A DNA stretch of 64,000 nt. Source: Candidatus Aminicenantes bacterium. Lineage in GTDB: Bacteria > Acidobacteriota > Aminicenantia > Aminicenantales > JAFGAV01. Position 1 is the stretch's first letter. Each line of letters opens with the position of its first letter. The notes under the pieces are model-generated. The model was not told the origin of the DNA. It saw only the letters and a program-made list of their open reading frames with translations, and ran no database searches. The translations under genes were made by a program, and so were the position numbers. The stretch spans positions 1,838,626-1,902,625 of the forward strand of contig OY969762.1 in NCBI GenBank assembly GCA_963702835.1. Direction: 5' to 3'. Positions 29,221-43,156 of this stretch are shown in pieces.

Positions 29221-30009
29221 ATGCTCAAGAGCGTTCTGAACCCTCTGGAGTACCGGGAAGTGTTCCATCTCGAATTCCTCCGCCGGCTCGGAGGGAAGCT
29301 CGACCCCAAGGCCTTTGCCCTCAAAGGCGGAGTCAACCTGCGCCTCTTTTTCGGCAGCGCCCGCTACTCCGAAGACCTCGACCTGGACGTCGCCGGCTGG
29401 CCCGTCGATCGGCTCAGATGGACCGTCATGTCCATCCTGAAGTCTCCCTCCTTGGCCGACACCCTCGCTTCCTATGGCGTCCGGGACATCCGCCCTCCCG
29501 ACCCCGCCCGCGCCAAGCAAACCGAGACGACCCAGCGGTTCAAGGTCCATTTACTCACCGCGGCTGGTGAAGAGCTTTTCACCAAAGTCGAGTTCTCCCG
29601 CCGGGGACTGGGCCGGGGCACCGAGGTCGAACTTATGCCCGAAGCCTTTCTTCGCCGCTACGGCCTGTCGCCGCTCTGGGTCCCGCACTACGGTCTGGCC
29701 TTCGCGCTCCGTCAGAAAGTCGAGGCCTTGGCCTCGAGGGCAGCCGTTCAAGCCCGCGATATTTTCGACCTTCACCTCCTCCTCTCCCAGCCCGGCGCCC
29801 CAGAGGCCGCGCCGACCCTGCCCGGCCGGTCCCTCCTGCGCCAAGCCCGGGAGCGGGTCTTCGAGGTGGGGTTCGAAGTCTTCCGTGACACGGTTCTTTC
29901 CTACTTATCGCTGGACGACCGAAAAGCCTTTGACCGCCCCGAGGCCTGGGACGGACTCCGGCTGCAAGTGGCGGAGTTCCTGGAGAACCCTGGAGGGCGT
30001 CATGGCTAG
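29221..30009 (+). CDS. AbiEii/AbiGii-family nucleotidyltransferase (type IV toxin-antitoxin toxin; DUF1814)
   Basis: FALKGGVNLRLFFGSARYSEDLDLDV is the hallmark AbiEii motif. It has an ATG start at 29221. Confidence 0.75.
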   Translation: MLKSVLNPLEYREVFHLEFLRRLGGKLDPKAFALKGGVNLRLFFGSARYSEDLDLDVAGWPVDRLRWTVMSILKSPSLADTLASYGVRDIRPPDPARAKQTETTQRFKVHLLTAAGEELFTKVEFSRRGLGRGTEVELMPEAFLRRYGLSPLWVPHYGLAFALRQKVEALASRAAVQARDIFDLHLLLSQPGAPEAAPTLPGRSLLRQARERVFEVGFEVFRDTVLSYLSLDDRKAFDRPEAWDGLRLQVAEFLENPGGRHG

Positions 30010-30637
30010 GGAACCGCTCTTCAAATACGTCCGGAAGCTCCCGCGTCCCGTGTTCACGACGCGCGCGCTGGCCGCCCTGTCCGGCAAGTCGCTTTCGGCC
30101 ACGACTCAAGGGCTCGCCTATCTGGCCCGCCAGGGGCTCCTGCTCAAGGTGCGCCGCGGGCTCTGGGCCGACGTCTGCGACCAGCGCCTATCCGCCCTGG
30201 CCTTGGTGCCCTGCCTCGTGCCGGGTCACCGGGTCTATGTCTCCTTCATCAGCGCCCTTCATCTTCACGGTATCGTCGAGCAAATTCCCCGAGTGGTGAC
30301 TCTGGCCTCGACGGCTCATTCAAGAACGATCCGGACCGGACTGGGGGATTTCACCCTACACCGGCTCGCGCCGGCGTTTTTTGCGGGCTTCGATTGGTAC
30401 CGCGGAGAGAGATTGTTCCTCATCGCCTCACCGGAAAAAGCCCTGGTGGACAGTCTCTATCTTTCAGCCCACAGAAAAAAGCAATACCGCCATTTCCCTG
30501 AACTCCGCTTCCCGAGGTCATTCAGTTTCCGGAAGGCGGCCGATTGGGCGCGGCGGATCCCGTCGGCGAGGGTCAGAGGGCGAGTGCTCGACGACCTGGA
30601 GCGCTTGAGAAAAAACCATAATGAGGCCGCAGATTGA
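30002..30637 (+). CDS. AbiEi-like antitoxin / wHTH transcriptional regulator
   Basis: The N-terminal FTTRALAALSGKSLSATTQGLAYLARQGLLLKVRRGLWA matches the AbiEi wHTH pattern. Its ATG overlaps the upstream stop by 8 nt. The order (toxin then antitoxin) is the reverse of canonical abiE. Confidence 0.6.
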   Translation: MAREPLFKYVRKLPRPVFTTRALAALSGKSLSATTQGLAYLARQGLLLKVRRGLWADVCDQRLSALALVPCLVPGHRVYVSFISALHLHGIVEQIPRVVTLASTAHSRTIRTGLGDFTLHRLAPAFFAGFDWYRGERLFLIASPEKALVDSLYLSAHRKKQYRHFPELRFPRSFSFRKAADWARRIPSARVRGRVLDDLERLRKNHNEAAD

Positions 30638-30711
30638 AACCTTTGTCGCCCAAGTCCCCTCTTGGGAAAAACGCGCTCATCGCTTAGAATTCTACGAATC
30701 TTCCAATTGGT

Positions 30712-31329
30712 TTATTTTTGGCGCCGCAGGCGGATGAGCCGCATGACCCGCCGCTGAATCAGTTCAGCTATTTCTTTCTTATCCCTCGAGCCGTCCAAGT
30801 GGATGAACCTCCGGCCGCGGAAGCTCCGGAAGATCCGCCGCACGCGGGCCAGATAGTTTTCCCGCTCAAAGAGGGGTTCTTTTTTGGGCCGGCCTTCGAT
30901 CCGGCCGAGCCCTCGGGCCGGGTCGACATCCAGGACAAAAACGAGGTCCGGCCGGGGAGCGAACTTCTCGTTCAAACGCCGGATGCGCTCCCGGGAAAGC
31001 CCTCTGGCGCCCTGATAGGCGATGGTCGAGAAATAATAGCGGTCCAGAATCACCGCCTTTTTCCGTCGAAGTGAAGGGAGAATGTTCCGGGCTACGTCCT
31101 CCTCCCTGTCCTTGAGGAACAAAGTCAACTCCTCCTCCGGGGTCAAAGAATCTGGCCGCCGGGCTTTCTTCCGGATTTCCCGCCCCCAGCGGCCCCGGCT
31201 CGGCTCCCGGAAGGAGAGGGCCTCCAGGCCGGCCCGGCGGAGCGCCGCCGCCAGGAGGCGGGCTTGGGTGGTTTTGCCGGACCCGTCAATGCCCTCCAGC
31301 ACAATGAGCAGGCCCCTTTTCAGCTTCAT
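30712..31329 (-). CDS. tmk: thymidylate kinase
   Basis: The P-loop is LLIVLEGIDGSGKTTQARLL, with the DRY motif and a lid region. The product is 205 aa. Confidence 0.9.
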   Translation of the reverse strand: MKLKRGLLIVLEGIDGSGKTTQARLLAAALRRAGLEALSFREPSRGRWGREIRKKARRPDSLTPEEELTLFLKDREEDVARNILPSLRRKKAVILDRYYFSTIAYQGARGLSRERIRRLNEKFAPRPDLVFVLDVDPARGLGRIEGRPKKEPLFERENYLARVRRIFRSFRGRRFIHLDGSRDKKEIAELIQRRVMRLIRLRRQK

Positions 31330-31503
31330 CTCTGGCTCATTCCTCTAGGCCGATATTATCCTGGCCATCAATATTATTGCAACGTTTTTCGATTCTTTAT
31401 CGTTCGATTTTGGTTAGGGAATTGCTTTCGTCTATGCCGCACGCATTGAATTGAAAACAAAGGTATGCTACCTTAATTTGTCGATACCGACGGAGGAAAA
31501 TCA

Positions 31504-33005
<1,502 letters not shown>

Positions 33006-33006
<1 letters not shown>

Positions 33007-33893
33007 TGCCTTTCGTCAAGATTCATTCCCTGGGGAATGACTTTCTGTTCATAGATCAGGCGGATTGGGGCGTCCTGCCGGACATCAACAACTTCGTCTG
33101 GCGCATCTGCGATCGCCACACCGGCGTGGGCGCCGACGGCCTGCTGCTGGTCTCCGTCACCGACACGGAAAAGGGCTTGGCCCGTTTCCGCATTTTCAAC
33201 GCCGACGGGACAGAGCCGGAGATCTCCGGCAACGGGCTGCGCTGCGCGGCGGCCTGTCTTTGGTACCAGAAAAAGATCGCCGTTCCCCGAATCGTATTTC
33301 AGACCACGGCCGGCGACCGGGAGTGTCACCTTCTTCAGGCCCAGGAGAACCACTACGAGATCCGTATCGAGATGGGCACGCCCCGCCTGGCCTCCCGGGA
33401 CATTCCTTTCGACGACGGTTCAGTTCACGAGTCGATTATCGATTATCCGCTGTCCATCAACCAGAAGATCTATCCGGTGACCGTGGTCTCGGTGGGCAAC
33501 CCCCACTGCGCCGTGTTCGTGGAACGCTTTCCGGCGCGCATCGAGTGGCACCAGATCGGCCGGGAGATCGAGTCCCACCCCTTCTTTCCCAACCGGACGA
33601 ACATCGAGTTCATCCGGGTGATCAACCCCGAGGAAATCGAGGTCCTCTTCTGGGAGCGGGGTGTGGGCGAGACGTTGTCCTCGGGGAGCGGCTCCTGCGC
33701 CGCGGCGGTGGCCTCCATACTGAAAAATAAAACCGGCCGCCGGGTGACCGTCCGGACAAGCATGGGCGCCCTCATCGTGGATTGGGAGAAAGACAAGCTC
33801 TTTCAGTCCGGGCCGGCCGAGGTCGTCTTCGAAGGGGGGCTGATCTCCAAGATGTCCGGCCTGACCACGCCCGACCTCAGAAAGAAAAGATAA
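33006..33893 (+). CDS. dapF: diaminopimelate epimerase
   Basis: The N-terminal motif is FVKIHSLGNDFLFID, with the second catalytic Cys context GNPHCAVF. ATG 33006 overlaps the degP stop. Confidence 0.9.
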
Positions 33894-33949
33894 GCCTCAG
33901 CCTCGATGCCTAGCGCGGGCCCGGACCTCTGATATCCGGATTTCGGACT

Positions 33950-35139
33950 TCAAAAAGCGAAGGACAGCCCCAGGCCGATCACCCGGACCTGGAGGTTGTA
34001 CTTTTCCGTAAGAGGAATGCCCATGACCAGGACATTCTTCTGTCGCTCCTCGCCGATGCCGTAAACATAGGCGAAATCAATCGTCATCCGCCCCGTCCGG
34101 TAGCCGATACCGCCCAGCAGGGTGAGCTTGTCCACATCGATGTTGGTCGGGTTGAGGTTCTCCGCCGGAGAAGCGAAGCGGTCCCGCCCCACCCCGGCCC
34201 GTAAGGACAGGCCCGAGGGGAAAGCGTATTCCGCGCCCGCCCGCAGGACAAGGATGTCCCGGAAGCTCATATCCTCGTCCAGGCGCAAGTCGCCGTTGAG
34301 GGGGATGTCGTGGATGGCTTTCTCCACCTTGTCCAGGACCGACCACATGGTGTACTGGGCGCTGGCCGACACGAGCAGCCTCTCGCTCAGCCGGTAACAG
34401 ATGCCGGCTTCTATGTCCCAGGGCAAGTTGAAGGCTGTGTCGGACCCCAGGTTGACCCGATAAACATCGAAGGTTAGCGTCGTCTTGCCGACCAGTTTCA
34501 TCCTGGCCGGGCCGCGGATGCTGAGCCCGAAGCTCAGACGCTCGATAGGCCGGTAGAAGAGCCCCAGGCCGGCCGACAGGGCCGACCCCTCTTCATCGGA
34601 TTTGAGCGGACCGATTCCGGGCATTTCCGTATCCAGAGTGAAGACGGCCCGGTAGAAGTTGATGTTGAGGCCCACCGATAAAGTCGGGCCAAGGTTGTAG
34701 GCGATGGTCGGCGTCAGGGAGATGATGCCCATGGTCGTCTTCAGCGGGTAGCCCAGGTCTCTCGCCTTCCAGTCCACGCCGCCCCCGGCGTAGGGCGCAT
34801 ACATGCCGAAGCCCAGGGTGATCCGGTCGCTCCAGCGGTAGGTCATAAAAAACTGCGGCAGGGAGGTGTTGAACCGACTGCGGATGGTGTTGCCGCTGGC
34901 GGTGGTGAACTCATGGGTCGGCCAGATGTAAAACCCGTCCAGGGCCAGGTTGAAGCGGTTCTCCTGATGGACGAGGCCGGCCGGGTTGTAGAAGATGGCG
35001 CTCGGGTCGTTGGCCACGGCGCAGAAGGCGCCGCCCAGGGCAATGGCCCGGCAGCCGATGAGAGTGTTATTCCAGCCCCCGGCCTGCAGCCCGGCCGAAA
35101 GCGCGCTCAAAACCGAAACGATGAGAATTGTCTTTTTCA
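33950..35139 (-). CDS. FadL/OmpP1/TodX-family outer-membrane hydrophobic-compound transporter
   Basis: The signal peptide is followed by the NPAGL motif (DPSAIFYNPAGL). The C-terminal β-strand ends ...GLGLSFAF. The internal ATG at 35139 after GGGAGGGGAGGG is used. The ORF track's 570-aa extension is upstream readthrough. Confidence 0.75.
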
Positions 35140-35370
35140 TCCCTCCCCTCCCAAAAAACTTGATACTGGCCCCTATTTTAAATATCCGCCGACGTTTGTC
35201 AAACTCAGTTGCCTGGGCGTCAGGCTGTGGCCTCTGGCTGCGGCGAAAACCACTGCGCATCCGCGGGGTCGACCAGCAGCGCCGTATCGATGAATATGGA
35301 AGCGATTTGGGCCAGGTTTTCGATGACCGGCTCAAAAATGTCCATGCCCTGATGGGTGACCAGGGACTTG

Positions 35371-36372
35371 TCACCTTAAAAAATGCTGCCAGCCGCGGGC
35401 GGGCAGAAGGCGTTTCCTGCGGCCGGGACCGACGAGGATGATTTCCCGGCCGCGGACAACTCGCCCGATGGGAGTCAGTGAAAAAGACCGGCTCAGCTGC
35501 TTGAGGCCCGGCCACGATCGGCCAGGCGCGGCGAACAACAATTGAAAGTCCTCGCCGCCGTGCAGGGCCAGGTTCAATGGAGAGGGAAAAATTTTTTTTA
35601 ACTCTGGAGACAGCGGGATGTTCTCCGCCCAAATCTCGGCGCCGACCCTGCTCTCGCGGCAAAGGTTGTGGACATCCGTGGAAAGCCCATCGCTGATATC
35701 GATCATGGCTGAGGCCAAGCGCCGCTCGGCCAACTTCAAGCCAAGCTCTACTTGAGGATGGGGGTCAAGGAAGGCTTGCCGCAAACGAAAATCCAAGCCA
35801 TGCTCGAGCCGGCGCTTGAGCCGCAATCCCGGCCTACCCGCTTTTTTAAGAAGCCGGAGCCCTCCGGCCGCGTCGCCCAGCGGCCCGGAAACGAACAGGG
35901 TATCGCCGGGCCGGGCGCCCCGGCGCGTCACGACCCGGCGCGCTTGGCCGGCCACGACGACCGAGATCATGATCTTGTCCGCCGCGGAAAGGTCGCCGCC
36001 GACAAGGAGCACATCCTCATCCCGGCAGGCCGAACGGAAACCGCGGAAAAATTCTTCGACCCAACTTGTATCCAGGTTGCGCGGCAGGGCCAGGCCTAGC
36101 AGGGCCCAGCGGGGCCGGCCGCCCATGGCGGCGATGTCGCTCAGGTTGACGTTGAGGCTTTTCCGGCCCAGAAGGTAAGGCGGATGAAAAGACCGCCGGA
36201 AATCCACATTTTCCACCAGGAGGTCGGTGGTGAGCAGGAGCTTCCCCACCCGGCCGGGCCGCAGGACGGCCGCATCATCGCCGATGCCGAGCTCAAGGCC
36301 TCTCCCCTTCCCGCCGAAATCCCGGCGGATGGCCGCCACCAGCTCGGCCTCGGTGAGGCCAGCCAGCTTCAT
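35371..36372 (-). CDS. thiL: thiamine-monophosphate kinase
   Basis: The AIR-synthase-related fold has GIGDDAAV and a TTDLLVENVDF motif. ATG 36372 is used. The ORF-track 464-aa extension crosses a GC-rich intergenic region. Confidence 0.85.
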   Translation of the reverse strand: MKLAGLTEAELVAAIRRDFGGKGRGLELGIGDDAAVLRPGRVGKLLLTTDLLVENVDFRRSFHPPYLLGRKSLNVNLSDIAAMGGRPRWALLGLALPRNLDTSWVEEFFRGFRSACRDEDVLLVGGDLSAADKIMISVVVAGQARRVVTRRGARPGDTLFVSGPLGDAAGGLRLLKKAGRPGLRLKRRLEHGLDFRLRQAFLDPHPQVELGLKLAERRLASAMIDISDGLSTDVHNLCRESRVGAEIWAENIPLSPELKKIFPSPLNLALHGGEDFQLLFAAPGRSWPGLKQLSRSFSLTPIGRVVRGREIILVGPGRRKRLLPARGWQHFLR

Positions 36373-36667
36373 GGAAACATCTCCATTCGTCTTTTGCGTG
36401 GGGAGGGGTGGCGCGGCGGAGGGGCATCCCCACCTCCTTGGAGGGGGAAGCGCTTCGCCTTCCCCCTTCCAACGCTCGCTTTGCTCGCTGCCTCCCCTTC
36501 TCGGACTTCGTCCTGCGACCAAGGGGGCATACCCCCTTGGAACCCCCAGTCCGGCTGAGCCGGACGAACGCGCGCAGCCTGGCGAGCACGGATGGGGAAG
36601 AGCCGTGACAGGACCCCTCCTCTTCTTGAATGGAAGATCATGGGGTCGGAGATGCTTCCCGGCTTCA

Positions 36668-39100
<2,433 letters not shown>

Positions 39101-39137
39101 CTTTTCTTCTCTCTTTTTAGCTCTCTTCAGCTCTCTC

Positions 39138-39557
39138 TCATCGGCCTTCCCTCCGGCCGGCCTTGATCAGGATAATAACCAGGACGCCGTTGTCCAGGAC
39201 GGCTTTGGCCTTGTCCGGCAGAACGGCGCCGGGCAGGGCCACCACCCGGCGGAACGGCCCGCTCTCCCTTTCCAGGCGGAGATAGCGGGCGGGTTCGGTA
39301 TGGTTCTCCTGTTTCTTTTGCCCGCGCAGCTCGATGCGGTTGTGGTGGACCAGGAGAGTGATGTCGCGGGGTTCGACCCCGGGCAGTTCGGCCCTGACCA
39401 CGATCCGCTCCTCCTGCTCATAGACGTCCAGCGCGGGTATCCACTGCTTCTCCAGAGAAAGGCGGCTCCGCTCGTTGAACAGGACCCGGCCTTGGACGCT
39501 GGCGATCTCCCCCTGGGCGGAGACCAATCGGCAGACGGGGATATTCTTGCGGACCAT
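39138..39557 (-). CDS. Hsp20/α-crystallin small heat-shock protein
   Basis: The α-crystallin domain has ALDVYEQEERIVVRAELPGV, LPGAV.. and KAVLDNGVLVI. ATG 39557 is used. Confidence 0.85.
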   Translation of the reverse strand: MVRKNIPVCRLVSAQGEIASVQGRVLFNERSRLSLEKQWIPALDVYEQEERIVVRAELPGVEPRDITLLVHHNRIELRGQKKQENHTEPARYLRLERESGPFRRVVALPGAVLPDKAKAVLDNGVLVIILIKAGRREGR

Positions 39558-39567
39558 CAGCGGCGGA

Positions 39568-40023
39568 TCACTTCTCTTTGAGAAGGGTTTCCAGCTCGCG
39601 CTTGAACTCGGACACGTCGCGGAACTCGCGGTAAACCGAGGCGAAACGGACGTAGGCCACCTTATCCAGCTCCTTGAGCCGCTCCATGACGTACTGGCCG
39701 ATCTCCGAGGAGCGAATCTCCTTATCGGCCCGCTCATGCAGCTTGGACTCGATCTCCTCCACGATCTCCTCGACTTTCTTGATCGGGATGGGTCTTTTCT
39801 CGCAGGCCTTGAGCAGCCCCCGCAGGAGCTTCTGGCTGTCGAAGGGCTGGCGGCTGCCGTCCTTTTTAACGACCATATAAGGAATCTCTTCGATCTTCTC
39901 GTAGGTGGTGAAACGGCGCCGGCAGGCCAAGCACTCCCGGCGGCGGCGGATGGACAGGCCCTTCTTGCTCTCCCGGGAATCGATGACCTTGCTCTCCTGG
40001 TCGTCGCAGTAAGGACACTTCAT
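39568..40023 (-). CDS. nrdR: transcriptional repressor NrdR
   Basis: The N-terminal zinc ribbon is MKCPYC...[12 protein letters not shown], followed by an ATP-cone. ATG 40023 is used. Confidence 0.9.
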   Translation of the reverse strand: MKCPYCDDQESKVIDSRESKKGLSIRRRRECLACRRRFTTYEKIEEIPYMVVKKDGSRQPFDSQKLLRGLLKACEKRPIPIKKVEEIVEEIESKLHERADKEIRSSEIGQYVMERLKELDKVAYVRFASVYREFRDVSEFKRELETLLKEK

Positions 40024-41089
40024 TCCTGGAATTCCTCGCCCATCTTTTTCAGTTGAAGGAGGGAAAGCCCTTCTTTCCAGATTATAACAAAACCGACCAG
40101 GCAAGTCATCACGACCTGGATGGCATGAACGATCAGGGTCATGCTGGCGGCTTTGGTGGCCAAGGCCCGCATCACTTCCCGGCCGGCGCCGGCCGGGATC
40201 TTGCGGCTGAAATAGAGACGCATCAGCGCCTCCTTGCTGAAGTAATCGAACCCCCCCACCATGCCCGGGGTGGGGATGGAGGCGCCGACCATGGTCAGGA
40301 AGACATAGGGGATGACCTTGTAGTAAGCCTGGGGCTCGTGGTAGGCCAGGAAGAACAGCCAGTAATAGCCGACAATGGCCAGCCAGACGACGAGCGACAG
40401 GCCGAAGAAGCGGAGCAGGTCCTTGACCGAACGGAAGAAGCGCAGCCCCTGGATGAACTCCTCGGTGAGCCGGCGGATCTTTCCCCCCATTTTTTGGGCA
40501 GGGGCCGGAGAAAGACGGCGATGATCTTGAGGGTCCGCTCCCGGAAGAAATGCAGGCTGAGGACCACCAGGAAAACAACTATGTCGAACCCCAACCCGGC
40601 CGTGCCCCAGATGAAGAGCCAGCGGGCGTTGGACGGGCTGAGGGGAAAGGAGGAGCTGTACAGGGGCCGGGCCAGGAGAAAGACGGCCAGCAGGAAGACC
40701 ATGGCGATGATATCGAACAGGCGCTCCACGACTATGGTGCCCAGGGCGAAGCCCGCGTTGATGTTTTCCTTCTTGGCCAGGAAGAGCGGCTTGACGATCT
40801 CGCCCAGGCGGCCGGGCAGGATGAGGGTCACCGTGAACCCCACGGCCTGGCCGGCCACCAGGTTGTAGAGCTTGACGTCCTTCTTCTCAGGCAGGATGAG
40901 ATACTTCCAGCGCCAGGCCCGGGTGATGAGGTGGACGGGAGCGAGCAGGATGAGGAGGACGAAAAAGACGAGGTTGACGTCGGCCAGGTTCGAGAAAAAC
41001 TTGCTCCATTCGACGCTGCGGAAGAAAAAGAAGAGCAGGACTCCGGTCAGGACCAGAATGATTCCGTAGCGAATGATCCTTTTTCTCAT
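40020..41089 (-). CDS. flippase-like/UPF0104 (lysylphosphatidylglycerol-synthase TM-region family) membrane protein; apparent frameshift at the C6/T6 run 40483-40495
   Basis: The N-terminal 264-aa ORF (multi-TM) and the C-terminal 156-aa ORF (…[18 protein letters not shown]…) are the two halves of one family member. A seventh A or G in the homopolymers would restore ...LPKK(M/W)[11 protein letters not shown]. Confidence 0.7.
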
Positions 41090-41317
41090 TTTTTGCGGCC
41101 CATCTTATCATCATCATCCAGGCCTGTCAACGAAATCGGGCTGCCGCATCATGCCGATTTGATGTGATATCAATAAGTTTCATGATCCTTCCTATAACGA
41201 CGTTTTCAAACAAGCAACCTCGGGGCAGAAGGAGCAGGACATTAATCCGCGCCCCTAGCTTTATGAGGATGGATGGTTGAAATAAGAGGCCAAATCGACT
41301 ATTATGGCCTTCCTTGC

Positions 41318-41391
41318 TGGGAAGTCGTCCAATGGCAGGACACATGACTCTGGATCATGGAATCAAGGTTCGAATCCTTGCTTCCCAGCCA
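41318..41391 (+). tRNA. tRNA-Gln (anticodon CTG), CCA encoded
   Basis: The manual fold is: U1-A72 acceptor TGGGAAG/CTTCCCA, D-stem GTCC/GGAC, anticodon stem CATGA/TCATG with loop CTCTGGA (anticodon CUG), T-stem CAAGG/CCTTG with loop TTCGAAT, discriminator G, then CCA. Confidence 0.85.
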
Positions 41392-41658
41392 GCTTATTTT
41401 TCTGTGTTTTCAGCCTTTTAATCCTTTTTTGTCTTTCAATCCTGATACCGCAGTTTCAGTGCTTTTCAATTAATTTTGTCACACATTTGGCCCACCCGGC
41501 CCCATCAGTCCCTTGCCTGCCAGACACCTCATGAATATTATCAGTCCTGGCTTAAGGAGCAAAAGCCTAAGGCATTACTCATGTAGTGGACGAGTTCAGG
41601 TCATTGACTTTTCGAATTAGAGCGTGCTACTTTATCATCAGAAATCCAAGGAGGGACC

Positions 41659-42135
41659 ATGAAAAAACTCTCATTCCAGAGAAAGTCTCTTTCATTCGGT
41701 GCGGTGATCGTGCTGTCCGTCTTGGGACTCCTCGGCCTCACGACATTGTCGTCGAGCCGTCCGCCGGCGGCTTTTTCGGGACAGACGTTCGATCCGCAGA
41801 ATCCGCCCGCTAACACAGTTGTCTTTTTTGAGGACACCAATTACCAGGGCCGTTGGTTCGCCTCTCCATACGACCGCGACTATTCCGACCTGCGCGGTAT
41901 CTACCTTGGAGAAAATCAGAGCAGCGGGAATTGGAACGACCGCGTCTCCTCGCTCAAGATCGGGAAGGACGCCTGCGTGACGCTGTGGAAGGACATCAAC
42001 TTCAAGGGAGATAAAAGCGCCCTCCAGGGGAACCAGACATCGACCAACTGCATCAGCTCGCTGGTCCCCAGCGGTTGGAACGACAAGCTCAGCTCGTTCA
42101 AGGTCCGCATGAGGAACAACTGCGCGCAGAAGTGA
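41659..42135 (+). CDS. secreted βγ-crystallin (Greek-key) domain protein
   Basis: It has a signal peptide and two Greek-key signatures (VVFFEDTNYQGRWF...S and VTLWKDINFKGDKSAL...S). A strong SD (AAGGAGGG) precedes it. Confidence 0.7.
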   Translation: MKKLSFQRKSLSFGAVIVLSVLGLLGLTTLSSSRPPAAFSGQTFDPQNPPANTVVFFEDTNYQGRWFASPYDRDYSDLRGIYLGENQSSGNWNDRVSSLKIGKDACVTLWKDINFKGDKSALQGNQTSTNCISSLVPSGWNDKLSSFKVRMRNNCAQK

Positions 42136-42258
42136 TCCACTGAACGAGCTCCGCCCCGGCGCTTCCGGGGATCGTCATGAAAACTCAACCTGAAGGGCAA
42201 GATGCTCTATCTTTTTTGCTCTCAATGAATTAGTGATGCCCAAATCTCATGGCTGACC

Positions 42259-42305
42259 TGACTCTGGATTATGGAATCAAGGTTCGAATCCTTGCTTCCC
42301 AGCCA
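42259..42305 (+). repeat. 47-nt direct repeat of the tRNA-Gln 3' half (anticodon loop to CCA), 46/47 identical to 41345-41391
   Basis: The sequence tgactctggatTatggaatcaaggttcgaatccttgcttcccagcca compares to ...ggatCatgg... in the intact tRNA. It forms an attL/attR-like pair bracketing ~870 bp. Confidence 0.85.
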
Positions 42306-42450
42306 CCCTGATTTTCCTTCAGTCATTGTCATTTTATCCCTCCTTGACGATTGGTTAGTATCCTAAGCAAAAATTCCTTTATCTCGCTTTCCCGAACATT
42401 AAATATCGCGCCTGCTCATCTAGGCTTATCCAAAAAATTTCAAAACAGAT

Positions 42451-43053
42451 ATGTTTTTCTCGACTAAATACTACGCCCGGGCGCTTCAGGCGCGTATTTT
42501 ATGCCCGGCACCGGCGACCATGACCCTCATCAGCATTTTAGTCAAGCCTTCCCGCTGGCCCGAAACGAAAATGGTCGGGAAGATTCTTTTTCTACTAGGG
42601 GTTGGGTTGCTCACCTTCAGCAGCACATGCCTTTTGGGCTTCAGGGATTTCTGCATAGAGCATTCCACCGCCATCCTGTCCATCTTGGTGACCTCTTTTG
42701 TGCTCATTTTGGCCGGCGAATCGATTATAAACTTGGCTGGAAATATTGAGCCCAAGCCCGGCCGGAGCAGATCTTTTCTTCGCTGGCTGGCCGAGCCGCT
42801 AAACCCTATGAACACCCTGAAAATCTTAAAGCGGGACTTTGAACACAGGTGCTTTTTCTGCGGTATCGACTTTGTTCTCCCCCAAGTGTCCGAGAGCCAG
42901 GAGGAATCGCAGGAAAGAGATTTTGATAGATTGATGTTCGGCATCTGCCTTGGATGCGGAAAGGCCGTCTGCCCGAGGTGCGCTTATATGAAAGGATTGG
43001 AGATGAAGGTCAAATCCCTTCACTGCCCGGGCTGCGGCAGCTTCGTCCTCTAA
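42451..43053 (+). CDS. membrane protein with C-terminal 4-Cys zinc-ribbon-like motifs, unknown function
   Basis: There are two predicted TM helices, then CFFCG...CLGCGKAVCPRC...CPGCG. The alternative start at 42571 is MVGKIL... The GC content is lower. Confidence 0.5.
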   Translation: MFFSTKYYARALQARILCPAPATMTLISILVKPSRWPETKMVGKILFLLGVGLLTFSSTCLLGFRDFCIEHSTAILSILVTSFVLILAGESIINLAGNIEPKPGRSRSFLRWLAEPLNPMNTLKILKRDFEHRCFFCGIDFVLPQVSESQEESQERDFDRLMFGICLGCGKAVCPRCAYMKGLEMKVKSLHCPGCGSFVL

Positions 43054-43156
43054 GCCGAGCCTCAGGGGGCTCGCCCCGTCACTCCCGAATCCCCATTATC
43101 CAGGTCGTGGCCGGGTTGACGTTCGGCGTAAAATTAATATATCGTTTATTTTAACC

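Noticed and set aside
36373-36667. TPP riboswitch upstream of thiL
   Set aside because: The conserved THI-box elements (CUGAGA, ACCUGAUCUGGAUAAUGCCAGCG) were not seen on the thiL strand. GC-rich palindromes alone are not sufficient.
41392-42258. Integrase or recombinase inside the tRNA-Gln direct-repeat-bounded segment
   Set aside because: A six-frame inspection shows only the βγ-crystallin gene. No tyrosine- or serine-recombinase motifs are present, so the element is not self-mobile as it stands.
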